A stretch of 64,000 nt of DNA from Promethearchaeota archaeon (GTDB lineage Archaea; Asgardarchaeota; Lokiarchaeia; Sigyniarchaeales; SOKP01), in NCBI GenBank assembly GCA_048940445.1, contig JBHLON010000001.1, positions 64,001 through 128,000 on the forward strand, given 5' to 3'. The notes beneath the pieces are model-generated. The model saw nothing but the letters and a program-made list of their open reading frames with translations, had not been told where the DNA came from and ran no database searches. The stretch's first letter is position 1; every line of letters starts with the position of its first letter. Shown in pieces: positions 1 to 9,019 of this stretch. The translations under genes and the position numbers were made by a program.

Positions 1-2353
1 CGAATTTCTCTCCTGGTAATCCTGCTGTATTATAAGCTTGTTCTAATTCAGTAACATCTACTCCTGCAATAAACCATTTCTTTTTAGTAAATCTTTTAGA
101 AAATTTAGCAGAGATTATCCCCCGAGGATTTCTAACATCACATATTAAGTGAGGGATACGACTATGTCCTAAATTCTCTGTAAGAATATATAAAATATTA
201 CTTCCACGTTTTAATGCTTTTCTAAGTTTATATTTTTTCTTTCCCAAAAATGTTGGATCTGGGCCATTTTTAGCTCCTGGAAGTAAATAAATAATACTAT
301 ATGTATTATGTCCCCCAATGAAGTGATCATTTAACCATACAGCAGCTTTATTTCTAATATTCAATTTTAAATTGAGTTTTTTTACTCTTGAGATAACAAA
401 TTCACATTTGTAAAGTATATGTCCACTGGTAAAATGATGATCTATAGGATCATTTTCTTGTTTGATATCAATTTCTTTCCAGATTTCGGGATAAGAACTC
501 CAGTTTGTCCTGATATAATACCATTGCTTCAATTCTATTGCAGGAATTTCTAATTTTGGAACGAATGTTTTTTCTTTTAATCCAGGAATGGGTGAATTTT
601 CAATTCTTTTAAATTCTGAAATATTATTTTTCATAGTTAATAGATGGACAGTTTGAATTCCTAAAGTCTCAATTTTGAGTCTCTTATTCTCAAAAAAAAC
701 TGAATATGTCCCCCATGCTACTTGTAATTCATTATTAGAGAAATCAGCATTTATTGTTAATGCTTCATGAAGAGAGAGAACTATAATATATAAATTTTGA
801 TTTTCTTTATTTGTAATACAAAAATAACCTTCATTTGGGAATAGAAACCGTGTAAATCTACCTTGTTTATGAGTTTCACAATTACCCTTAACTTTAAAAT
901 CAGCACCCTTCAAGATTAATTCTCCACCATTTTGATAACTTGTAATTAACCATCCATCATGATATTTCCCTTTAACTATAATAGGTAAAGAGCAAAATAC
1001 GACAAAAAAAGTCCCTAGTTTATGATCGCCAACTGCTATAAATGAGTCTCGAGATTCTAAGTTATGAAGTCCTTTATAAGGAACTTCAAAATTTTCAATC
1101 ATTCGAACTTTAAAGTTTGGATTTTTATTTTTATTTAAATTTCTAAAAAAGAAAAATCGTGCACCATCTAGACTAATTCTTTCTAGGTGGAAGATTTCCT
1201 TCTCACTACATTCTAGACAAGGAGAGATAACTATATCAGTAGCAACGAGACTTTCATTAAAACTTTTAATGAAGAGATTAAATAATCGTAAATGCCTAAA
1301 TCTATTTGACATATAACCATATTCTCTTATACTTGCAGAATAGTCATAACTAGAATAAACATCCAAGTCTGGTACAGAGCCCCAAGAGGTCCCACCATAG
1401 AACATATACAGAAGCATCATTGTAGAACCTTGTGCAGCTATACTTTGCTCTAATAGTTTCTGGTATGTATGTCCATAATAATTATATAATTCATCATATC
1501 CATACTTAATACTCCAATGGTTAAACCAACCCCCTTGTAATTCTGGTATAAATAATGGAGAGTTAGCTGCATTTTCCCCAAATGATCTTACCTTCTTCTC
1601 AAGCTTATCTACTTTCTTTTTAAATTTTTTAGGTGACCATTCCGGAATGGGTAAAGATTTGGGGAATTTGGGGGCGAAAATTACATATTTATCAAAACCA
1701 TATAAGTCTACTATATCTTCCCATGAGCCTTCTTCACACCTATCATTATGAAAAATAGGCACAGTTATACCTAATTTTCTTGCTATAACTATAAGTTCTT
1801 CTATATACCTTTCAAGGCCTTTAAAGATTACTATTTTTTTATCATATTCATTTTCAACTTGAAACCCTAACACACAACCTTCGGGATCTTTAGTTATTTG
1901 GTGCTTAGAAATGATAGGAATGAATTCTTCATACCATTTTTTGCAAATCTCCATATATGTTGGATCATACTTAGATTTAAATGTTCTCTTAAGATTTCTT
2001 ATTAAAACTTCTCGTTTTGCTAAAAGCCATCCAGGAAAGCCTCCTGCATTTGTTTCAGCACATATATAAGGACCAGGAGCGACAAATACATATAACCCTA
2101 AATCTTCGCAAATGTTTAATAGATATTCTATGTCTCTATTATCAGTAAAATAAAACTTATTTTCATCTGGGTTGTGATAACCCCAATGAAAGTAAATTCT
2201 TACGCAATTTAAACCAGCAATTTTATACATTGTTAAAATATCTTGCCAACGGTCTCTATCTGGGCAACGCCAATAATGAAATTCACCTCCTATTAAGAAA
2301 ATTCTCTTTCCATCTATTTTCAGGCTATATTTATCCCATGTTATTTCTGACAT
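1..2353 (-). CDS. Glycoside hydrolase family 35 beta-galactosidase (3' end runs off window; absent from ORF track)
   Basis: Manual translation from ATG at 2353 gives MSEITWDKYSLKIDGKRIFLIGGEFHYWRCPDRDRWQDIL...GLNCVRIYFHWGYHNP...APGPYICAETNAGGFPGWL, and later FQVENEY. These are GH35 motifs (GEFHYxR, PGPYICAE, QVENE acid/base). Confidence 0.9.
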   Translation of the reverse strand, partial: MSEITWDKYSLKIDGKRIFLIGGEFHYWRCPDRDRWQDILTMYKIAGLNCVRIYFHWGYHNPDENKFYFTDNRDIEYLLNICEDLGLYVFVAPGPYICAETNAGGFPGWLLAKREVLIRNLKRTFKSKYDPTYMEICKKWYEEFIPIISKHQITKDPEGCVLGFQVENEYDKKIVIFKGLERYIEELIVIARKLGITVPIFHNDRCEEGSWEDIVDLYGFDKYVIFAPKFPKSLPIPEWSPKKFKKKVDKLEKKVRSFGENAANSPLFIPELQGGWFNHWSIKYGYDELYNYYGHTYQKLLEQSIAAQGSTMMLLYMFYGGTSWGSVPDLDVYSSYDYSASIREYGYMSNRFRHLRLFNLFIKSFNESLVATDIVISPCLECSEKEIFHLERISLDGARFFFFRNLNKNKNPNFKVRMIENFEVPYKGLHNLESRDSFIAVGDHKLGTFFVVFCSLPIIVKGKYHDGWLITSYQNGGELILKGADFKVKGNCETHKQGRFTRFLFPNEGYFCITNKENQNLYIIVLSLHEALTINADFSNNELQVAWGTYSVFFENKRLKIETLGIQTVHLLTMKNNISEFKRIENSPIPGLKEKTFVPKLEIPAIELKQWYYIRTNWSSYPEIWKEIDIKQENDPIDHHFTSGHILYKCEFVISRVKKLNLKLNIRNKAAVWLNDHFIGGHNTYSIIYLLPGAKNGPDPTFLGKKKYKLRKALKRGSNILYILTENLGHSRIPHLICDVRNPRGIISAKFSKRFTKKKWFIAGVDVTELEQAYNTAGLPGEKF

Positions 2354-2368
2354 AGTTCCAAATTATTT

Positions 2369-3304
2369 TCATTTTATTGATTCTATTTCTGCTTGAAATC
2401 TGCTTAATGAAATAATCGAAATTAATATCAAAATGATTGAAACGAAAAAGAGTAAAGTATTCTCAAATATTTGGTGAAATATAAATAACCCCGCTAAAAC
2501 TGGTACTAATAAAGTAATAGCATTATGAATTGGAACAACCACAACTGCTCTGATTTTTTGAAGTGCCGTTTGAAAAAATACAATACTAACTAAATTAAAT
2601 ATAACCATCCCCCAAAATCCAATAAATAACCAAATGTGCAGATAATCTAACCAAAAAATACCAAATATGATTTCCCAAAAAAATAATGCATTAATATGTG
2701 CATCATTATAGGCTTGCGCTAAAACATTAGTAAAAGTAGCTCCGAGTGAAAATAATAAGGATCCAATTATCATAATAAAAAATCCTTCCCATTTTGTACC
2801 TCGTGTCTTTTTAGAAAGAAAAAAAGAAAGAACACAAATTAGAATAATTATTGTTATGAATAGCAGATAAGGAGTTAAAAATTCAGTGAAACTAATTCTG
2901 ATATCAGAAATAATTGCTAGTCCAATAAGTATTGGTGAAATAACTAACATACCAATCGATATAATTTCAAAAAGAGAAACTTTCTCCTTGAGTATCCTAA
3001 TAGCTGAAATAACAAAAATGATTAAGCCAATGGTAGATACCGGTTGTACGACAACAACTCCTACCATTCCCATCGCAATTACATAAGGAATCAGACCAAT
3101 TAAACCAATGATGGTCCCGGTAAGCCAAGATTTATTTTTACTGAATTCAATAAATGTTTTCAATAAATTTTTAATACCTTTTTCAATTTTTATTTCAGAA
3201 GATTCTTTAAGACCCTTCTTTTGAAGAACCATTGAAAAGTTAAAACAACACGTGGAAATGATGGCTACAAATATTCCCAATGTTGTCGTCAGAATATCAA
3301 TCAT
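2369..3304 (-). CDS. DMT-superfamily (EamA/NIPA-like) membrane transporter
   Basis: About 9 hydrophobic helices; 'MVLQKKGL', 'VVVQPV' and 'ILKEKVS' patterns typical of DMT/NIPA proteins; 15 nt upstream of the GH35 gene on the same strand. Confidence 0.65.
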   Translation of the reverse strand: MIDILTTTLGIFVAIISTCCFNFSMVLQKKGLKESSEIKIEKGIKNLLKTFIEFSKNKSWLTGTIIGLIGLIPYVIAMGMVGVVVVQPVSTIGLIIFVISAIRILKEKVSLFEIISIGMLVISPILIGLAIISDIRISFTEFLTPYLLFITIIILICVLSFFLSKKTRGTKWEGFFIMIIGSLLFSLGATFTNVLAQAYNDAHINALFFWEIIFGIFWLDYLHIWLFIGFWGMVIFNLVSIVFFQTALQKIRAVVVVPIHNAITLLVPVLAGLFIFHQIFENTLLFFVSIILILISIISLSRFQAEIESIK

Positions 3305-3365
3305 ATGTTAATTAAAAGTCATACTTCTAAATAATCTTTTATAATTATTTATCAATAGTAATATT

Positions 3366-4169
3366 ATGGTAAAAAGGAATACAATTGATGCTTCAAAATC
3401 ACTAGAACAAGAAGATAGAAAAGTTGTAAAACTTCCTGCACTAGATTTTTTTAAAATAAATTTCATTAGCTTTTTAATTCCCTTTTATGCATGTCTGGGT
3501 CTTTTTCTCCTATTTGAATATGGATTTATTAACCTAGTTTTTGGTTTCTATAGCATATTCCATATAATCATTTTGCCTGGATATTTATTTCTCCTCTATT
3601 ATATCTATCTTATCCTAATAGTTGAGTTTACTGCTTTATGGGTAAGACATTGGAATAAGAAATCTCCCCCCCAACAAGGTGTGTTTGCACGCATTCTTGA
3701 TGATCATAATAGTCCCGAAGGAAAAATGATAAAATATTATCATAAAAGGGGATTTATAATAAAGTTCCCGATGTGGATAACATCAAAATCACCATTTCCT
3801 TGGTTGGTTAATCGAACTCTTAGAAGAGTTGGTCATAATAAAATTGGGAAGAACGTGATTTACTGTAATGGATATGTGGGTTTAGAATTCACAGATTTAG
3901 AAGACAATGTATTTTTTTATCCATCATCCGGGTTATCTTCTCATGAAGTCAATACCATTTTTGGAAAAATAACCATGATGGAAATAAAGATTGGTAAAAA
4001 TACAACTTTTTATCCAGGAGATATTGCTGGCCCAAATGCTCTTACGACTGATAACAGTGTAATATTTCCAAATACAGTCCTCCATAAAAATTGGAGAGGA
4101 AAACCAAATAAATTTTTTTACCAAGGTAGTCCCGGACATCCAATAGAGATTAAACACTTAAAGAAGTAA
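3366..4169 (+). CDS. Membrane protein with C-terminal left-handed beta-helix (acyltransferase-like) domain
   Basis: Two N-terminal TM segments followed by hexapeptide-like repeats (KIGKNV, KIGKNT) and a terminal 'YQGSPG' as in LbH acyltransferase-like domains. Confidence 0.55.
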   Translation: MVKRNTIDASKSLEQEDRKVVKLPALDFFKINFISFLIPFYACLGLFLLFEYGFINLVFGFYSIFHIIILPGYLFLLYYIYLILIVEFTALWVRHWNKKSPPQQGVFARILDDHNSPEGKMIKYYHKRGFIIKFPMWITSKSPFPWLVNRTLRRVGHNKIGKNVIYCNGYVGLEFTDLEDNVFFYPSSGLSSHEVNTIFGKITMMEIKIGKNTTFYPGDIAGPNALTTDNSVIFPNTVLHKNWRGKPNKFFYQGSPGHPIEIKHLKK

Positions 4170-4174
4170 ATAAA

Positions 4175-5671
4175 TTAATTTCTAGGATACTTTCCATATA
4201 TTTGTAAGAATTCTCTATATTTATTCATACTATCAAGTACTTTTCCAGCAAGATCAAAATTTTCAAAAACAGGAACATTTCTATTAAGTAACCTAAGTTT
4301 AAATTTATAGCGGCTTTTATATTCTTCAAAACCCTCTGATATCTTTAGCATTACACAGATCATAGGTTTTGTACAAATTCTTTTTGCCTTTCCTATATAT
4401 GTAATAAACAATTTATTTAGATCAGTTCCTTTTTCAAAGCCTAATTTCCCGACCAAGGATTCTTCCAAATTTTTAAAACGCTCTGGATCTTTTACAAATA
4501 TTATAGCAGAAATATTTGGATCCTTATCTAATGTTAATATGGTACGATAATAAATATGAGGTAATGCCCCTTGTGCTCCTAGATCTATAGGATTATTAAA
4601 GTTAGTATTTACCTCATTTAAAAAACGCCCCATTTTATTAATTGTTTTTTCTGTCAATTTGGGAATTTTTAGATTATATTTCTCTAAGCTATCTCCCGCC
4701 TCTATAGTTGATCCTCCACCAATCCCAATTAAACCAATGTTTCTTGAACTAGGTAAGTGAGTCAATTTAAATGCAGATGCTAAAGCTGCCAGTTCTACGG
4801 AATTACTAACAAGTAAACAACCAGTTTGCTTTGCAACAGCATTCCATATTTTACTATCTCCTGCTAATCCTCCTGTGTGAGACAAAATTGCTTTTCGTGT
4901 TGCTTCTCCGTAACCAGCTCTCCATAATATTACAGGTTTACGGTTAAGACTACATTCTTTTGAAATTTTCATAAATCGGCGCCCTTGCTCTTGACTTTTA
5001 AGATTTTCAAGATATAATCCTATAATAGCGGTTCGATGGTCATATAAAAAATATTCCAAAAAATCAGGATAAGTTAAATCAATTGCATTCCCAATAGATA
5101 TCATTTTTGAAACTTCAACACCATAAGCATCAGCTAATTGAGCAACATTCACCGCCAAACCTCCTGATTGTAATATAGCACCAAAATTTCCTGCTTTTTT
5201 CGATTGAGCTCGACCAATATATAAACCTGCTTCAGGATTATAGACTCCCAAACAATTAGGTCCAATAATTCTAATTTGATATTTTTCTGCAATATCTAAT
5301 ACTTCCTTCTCAAGGTTTTTATTACCAGCTTCAGAGAACCCCGACGCGAAAATCGTCACAAAAGGTACTCTCTTTTGGCCCACTTCTTTCAAAATGTTAG
5401 GAACAAGATGTGCAGGAACTCCAATAATTACATAATCGATTGGTTTATTTTCTGGAATATCTAAAATTGAACCATAAACGTCTAATCCATAAAGTTTCTG
5501 ACCTTTTAAATGGGGATTAAATAGATAAATGGGATTTTTGAATCGATCGCTCATAATTTCGACAAAATATCCCCCTCCTGCTGGATTATACGATGCTCCT
5601 ATAATTCCTATAGCTCTTGGATAAAATAAAGGTTTAAATCTCTTCAAGATTAGCTCTTTAGATTCTAACAT
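4175..5671 (-). CDS. Acyl-CoA synthetase (NDP-forming) alpha-subunit-like, CoA-binding
   Basis: PRAIGIIGAS, ASGFSEAG, IIGPNCLG, QSGG, SIGNAID and SHTGGLAG (phospho-His) motifs. Confidence 0.88.
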   Translation of the reverse strand: MLESKELILKRFKPLFYPRAIGIIGASYNPAGGGYFVEIMSDRFKNPIYLFNPHLKGQKLYGLDVYGSILDIPENKPIDYVIIGVPAHLVPNILKEVGQKRVPFVTIFASGFSEAGNKNLEKEVLDIAEKYQIRIIGPNCLGVYNPEAGLYIGRAQSKKAGNFGAILQSGGLAVNVAQLADAYGVEVSKMISIGNAIDLTYPDFLEYFLYDHRTAIIGLYLENLKSQEQGRRFMKISKECSLNRKPVILWRAGYGEATRKAILSHTGGLAGDSKIWNAVAKQTGCLLVSNSVELAALASAFKLTHLPSSRNIGLIGIGGGSTIEAGDSLEKYNLKIPKLTEKTINKMGRFLNEVNTNFNNPIDLGAQGALPHIYYRTILTLDKDPNISAIIFVKDPERFKNLEESLVGKLGFEKGTDLNKLFITYIGKAKRICTKPMICVMLKISEGFEEYKSRYKFKLRLLNRNVPVFENFDLAGKVLDSMNKYREFLQIYGKYPRN

Positions 5672-5752
5672 TATGCTAAAAAAAGATTGTATTATAAGGA
5701 TTACAAAGAGATAGTTGTCTACAACTAAAATATTTTGTTAATAGGAAAATTT

Positions 5753-6472
5753 CTAACGCCCTAGTAATTCCTTCGCTAATTGAATGTCATCAGTTATAAT
5801 TCCATCAACTCCAAGAGCAATTAGTCTTTCTATATCATTCATTTCATTTACAGTCCAAACATTTACTTTTAAATCATTACTGTGGGCATAATTTACTAAC
5901 ATTTGATTGACCCCTCTAAAATGAGGATGAACAGCATAGAATTTCTTTTTAATCACTCTTTTTGTTGCCTTTTTTAAGTCTTTAGGGTTTGAAACCCTTT
6001 CAGAAATTAATGCACCTAATTTTAGTTTAGGTTCCAGTTTTTGAATTCTTAACAGTTCATTATGGATAAATGAACTAATAATACTTGATTCAATTAGCTT
6101 GGCATTCCTTAACATCTCTACAACTTTTTTTCCTATATCCTCACATTTTATTTCAATCTGCAATCCAATTTTTCCCATTGCTAATTCAATTACTTCTTGT
6201 AAAGTCGGAATTCTTTCACCATTTCCAATATCTAATTGTTTTAATTCTTCTAAAGTCATTTCTTCAATAGATCCTTCTAAACCAGTGATTCTTAAAATAT
6301 CATAATCATGGAAAACTATGATTTCACCGTCTTTAGATGCTTGAATATCAAATTCGATATAATCCGCTTGGAGCTCTATAGCTTTCTGAAAAGCTATTAA
6401 AGTGTTTTCTGGCTTAATTTTACTTGCTCCTTTATGTCCAATAACTAAGATTTTAGATTTATTTTCTGCCAA
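5753..6472 (-). CDS. Glycerophosphodiester phosphodiesterase
   Basis: GHKGAS..PENTL, IEFDIQ.SKDG..VFHD, IEIK, WTVN and DGIITD motifs. Confidence 0.93.
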   Translation of the reverse strand: MAENKSKILVIGHKGASKIKPENTLIAFQKAIELQADYIEFDIQASKDGEIIVFHDYDILRITGLEGSIEEMTLEELKQLDIGNGERIPTLQEVIELAMGKIGLQIEIKCEDIGKKVVEMLRNAKLIESSIISSFIHNELLRIQKLEPKLKLGALISERVSNPKDLKKATKRVIKKKFYAVHPHFRGVNQMLVNYAHSNDLKVNVWTVNEMNDIERLIALGVDGIITDDIQLAKELLGR

Positions 6473-6771
6473 TCTTTAATGTATCTCCTTAATCCATTAA
6501 GATAGAAAAACTATCAATTGTTAAATAGTTTTACTTAAATAGGTATTTATGATAAATTAGGGCTGTCAAACAGTATTTTTGTGTCTATAGGATTATCAAA
6601 GAATTAATAATACAATCATCTTGTAATCGAGAAATTTATATATCTAATTGAGTCACAATTCTATTGGTTTCCAATAAATTTATAAATCAACATTATTTTC
6701 TATATATTCTGATATTAAAATTCTACTAAAGAGTAAAGTTTTTAAAGCATTAAAAGGTGAAACACTGAGTA

Positions 6772-7026
6772 ATGAGATTTTGCCCCAACTGCGACAATAT
6801 ACTAATCCCCAAAAATAAAAAGCTGTTTTGCAAGGCATGCAACCAAGAGTTTGATTTAGATACAAATTCACCAGAGGATTATAAATTAGTCAAATCGATC
6901 AAACATGATGAGAAAGAAGTCGCACCGATTATAATTAAAGAAGGGCTGAAAGGAGAAAGAATTTCTGAACGAGAACGTAAAGCCTACGAGGACCTTTTCG
7001 ACATTACTGAAGCTGATGGCTATTAG
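6772..7026 (+). CDS. TFS/RpoM-like protein with N-terminal zinc ribbon only
   Basis: MRFCPNCDNILIP...FCKAC matches the N-terminal ribbon of TFS/Rpb9/C11; no C-terminal ribbon; SD-like AGGTGA upstream. Confidence 0.7.
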   Translation: MRFCPNCDNILIPKNKKLFCKACNQEFDLDTNSPEDYKLVKSIKHDEKEVAPIIIKEGLKGERISERERKAYEDLFDITEADGY

Positions 7027-7173
7027 CGCTACAGATTAGGGGATTTGAGTATGCCTAATCCGTAACTTCTTCCTAGTTTTGGTACAAAATATCCAAAAAA
7101 TTAATTAAAATTTAAACCTTTAAATTAATTAATTGAAATTATCATCTAGCTTTATTTTTGCAGGTTGATTATC

Positions 7174-7569
7174 ATGACTGAAGAAAAGAAAAAAAGATTA
7201 AAGGGTTTTGCGGGGATAGTAAGTAAGCAGGTAGAACCTTTAAATAGTATTGAGAAGTTTAAGGAAGATTTTAAGGATAGAGAGCTTAAAATTCTTTTAA
7301 ATGCAAAAGATGGAAAAATAGCTGCGCTATTGATTATTGATAAAGGAAGGATATATGTGGAGGGAATTGAAAATAAACCAAAAGAAAATATAAAGAAAAA
7401 GAATGTTGAATGGGATGGTCTATTGCAAGCAAAAACGCAAGTGTTCGTAGACTTATTAGGAGGAGAAAACGTTTCAATGGGTAATATTATTGGAAAAATC
7501 TTAACAGGTAGAATCAAAATTAGAGGGATTAAGAAAGTCTTAGTTTTGCTTGATTTATTCAAATATTAA
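7174..7569 (+). CDS. SCP2 sterol-carrier-like lipid-binding protein
   Basis: C-terminal 'FVDLLGG...GKILTGRIKIRG' resembles the SCP2 motif; ATG at 7174 preferred to TTG at 7165. Confidence 0.55.
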   Translation: MTEEKKKRLKGFAGIVSKQVEPLNSIEKFKEDFKDRELKILLNAKDGKIAALLIIDKGRIYVEGIENKPKENIKKKNVEWDGLLQAKTQVFVDLLGGENVSMGNIIGKILTGRIKIRGIKKVLVLLDLFKY

Positions 7570-7594
7570 GCAAGCTTATACTTATTTTTTAATA

Positions 7595-8026
7595 TTAAAT
7601 CTCTATTTTAAAAACTTTAATGATTGAGAGTAATTTTTCTTTCAAATCTTCTGGATTTTCATCTTGAATGGATTTTATTATTGCATTTTTATTTTGTTCA
7701 TTGATTTCGTTTTCTGGAAATTTATCGAGAAATGATCGTAAATAAATTATCTTTTTTGACGGACTTTTTTTAATATCTGAAATTAAGTTATCAAGAAATA
7801 GAGAAATTGAATTTGCATCCTCAGTTTCTGTTTCACAAAAATCCTCTTTTGAAAACCCTTCATCTTGCAAAATCTTATGTTTTTTAATTATATCAGTTGT
7901 TATTTCAACGAGCATCTCATTTCGTGTTAAACTTGTTAGTTCTGAAAGATTCTTTTCTATTTCTATATACTTTTGCCTGATTGATTTTATAATTGATAAG
8001 GTTTCTTTGAGCTTATCGTTTTCCAT
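7595..8026 (-). CDS. Hypothetical helical protein
   Basis: 143-aa ATG ORF filling the intergenic space; no recognisable motif. Confidence 0.6.
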   Translation of the reverse strand: MENDKLKETLSIIKSIRQKYIEIEKNLSELTSLTRNEMLVEITTDIIKKHKILQDEGFSKEDFCETETEDANSISLFLDNLISDIKKSPSKKIIYLRSFLDKFPENEINEQNKNAIIKSIQDENPEDLKEKLLSIIKVFKIEI

Positions 8027-8068
8027 ATATTAAATTACTTTTATTTAAATTTTTAAATTTTTCTTAAT

Positions 8069-8803
8069 TTGATTCTAGATAGTGTTATGAATTATCAAAC
8101 TAAACATAAAATAAATGAATTTCAAAAATTCATAGATTATAAATTTAAGGAACCTAAACTTTTGATTCAAGCAATGACTACACCGCAATTTGGAAATGAA
8201 AACAATCTACCAAATTATGAGATTTTGGAAACTTTGGGCGATGCTATTATCAAATTAATTTTTAGTTTAAAACTTTATAATAAAGGTGAACATGAGCCAG
8301 GTAAATTAACCAAGACTAAACAGTGCTTAGAAAGCAATCAAACTTTTTCTAAAATCGCTTCAAGTATGAAGTTAGAAGATTTTATACTTTCTTCAAATAA
8401 TCAAAATATTAAGGGTACCTCTATTCCTGCAGATGTTTTTGAAGCGATATGTGGAGCTATTTACCTTGATTCTGACTATAATTTAAGGGTTGTAGAAGAG
8501 AAAATTATTGATAAGTATATAAAAAGTTGGGATTTATTTATTGATGAATCATCTGACTTTTTAAAAAATGAATTAATGGAATTTTTACAAAATAAATTAA
8601 AATTTACCCCTAATATTGAATATGAATACGAGAAATTTGGGCCCGATCATGACCTTCGATGGCTTGCAAAAAATCCTAAGATTCTAGATTCTAATAATAA
8701 ACAAGCAATTAGGGTCCCAACTAATTTAAAATCTGGTAAATTCAAGACAAAAAAAGATGCTGAAAAAGATTTAAGCGAAAAAATTCTTAAAAAATTAAGA
8801 TAA
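8069..8803 (+). CDS. rnc: Ribonuclease III family protein
   Basis: YEILETLGDAII and ADVFEAICGAIYLDS catalytic signatures; divergent dsRBD-like C-terminus (KNELMEFLQ...GPDH...KTKKDAEK). Start may be ATG 8087. Confidence 0.9.
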   Translation: MILDSVMNYQTKHKINEFQKFIDYKFKEPKLLIQAMTTPQFGNENNLPNYEILETLGDAIIKLIFSLKLYNKGEHEPGKLTKTKQCLESNQTFSKIASSMKLEDFILSSNNQNIKGTSIPADVFEAICGAIYLDSDYNLRVVEEKIIDKYIKSWDLFIDESSDFLKNELMEFLQNKLKFTPNIEYEYEKFGPDHDLRWLAKNPKILDSNNKQAIRVPTNLKSGKFKTKKDAEKDLSEKILKKLR

Positions 8804-9019
8804 GCTTGAGAAAAACATCAAAAAATCAAAAAGCATCGAATTAATAAAACGATTATGTTCGTTAATTATTTGTTTTTTTAAGTTGTATATAATGGTTTAA
8901 TTTTCTAACCAGTTAGAATCTGAATATTTAAAAAATTAAAAGTATTCAGTTTAATCTAAGGATAGAGAAAAAGATAAGATCAAAATTTCATTATAAGATT
9001 AAATAAATATTTATAATTA

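Noticed and set aside
7024-7065. Pyrrolysine/selenocysteine-type readthrough of the TFS-like TAG via the downstream hairpin
   Set aside because: Readthrough adds only RYRLGDLSMPNP and does not restore a zinc ribbon; the stop is TAG rather than TGA, and no SECIS-like core is evident.
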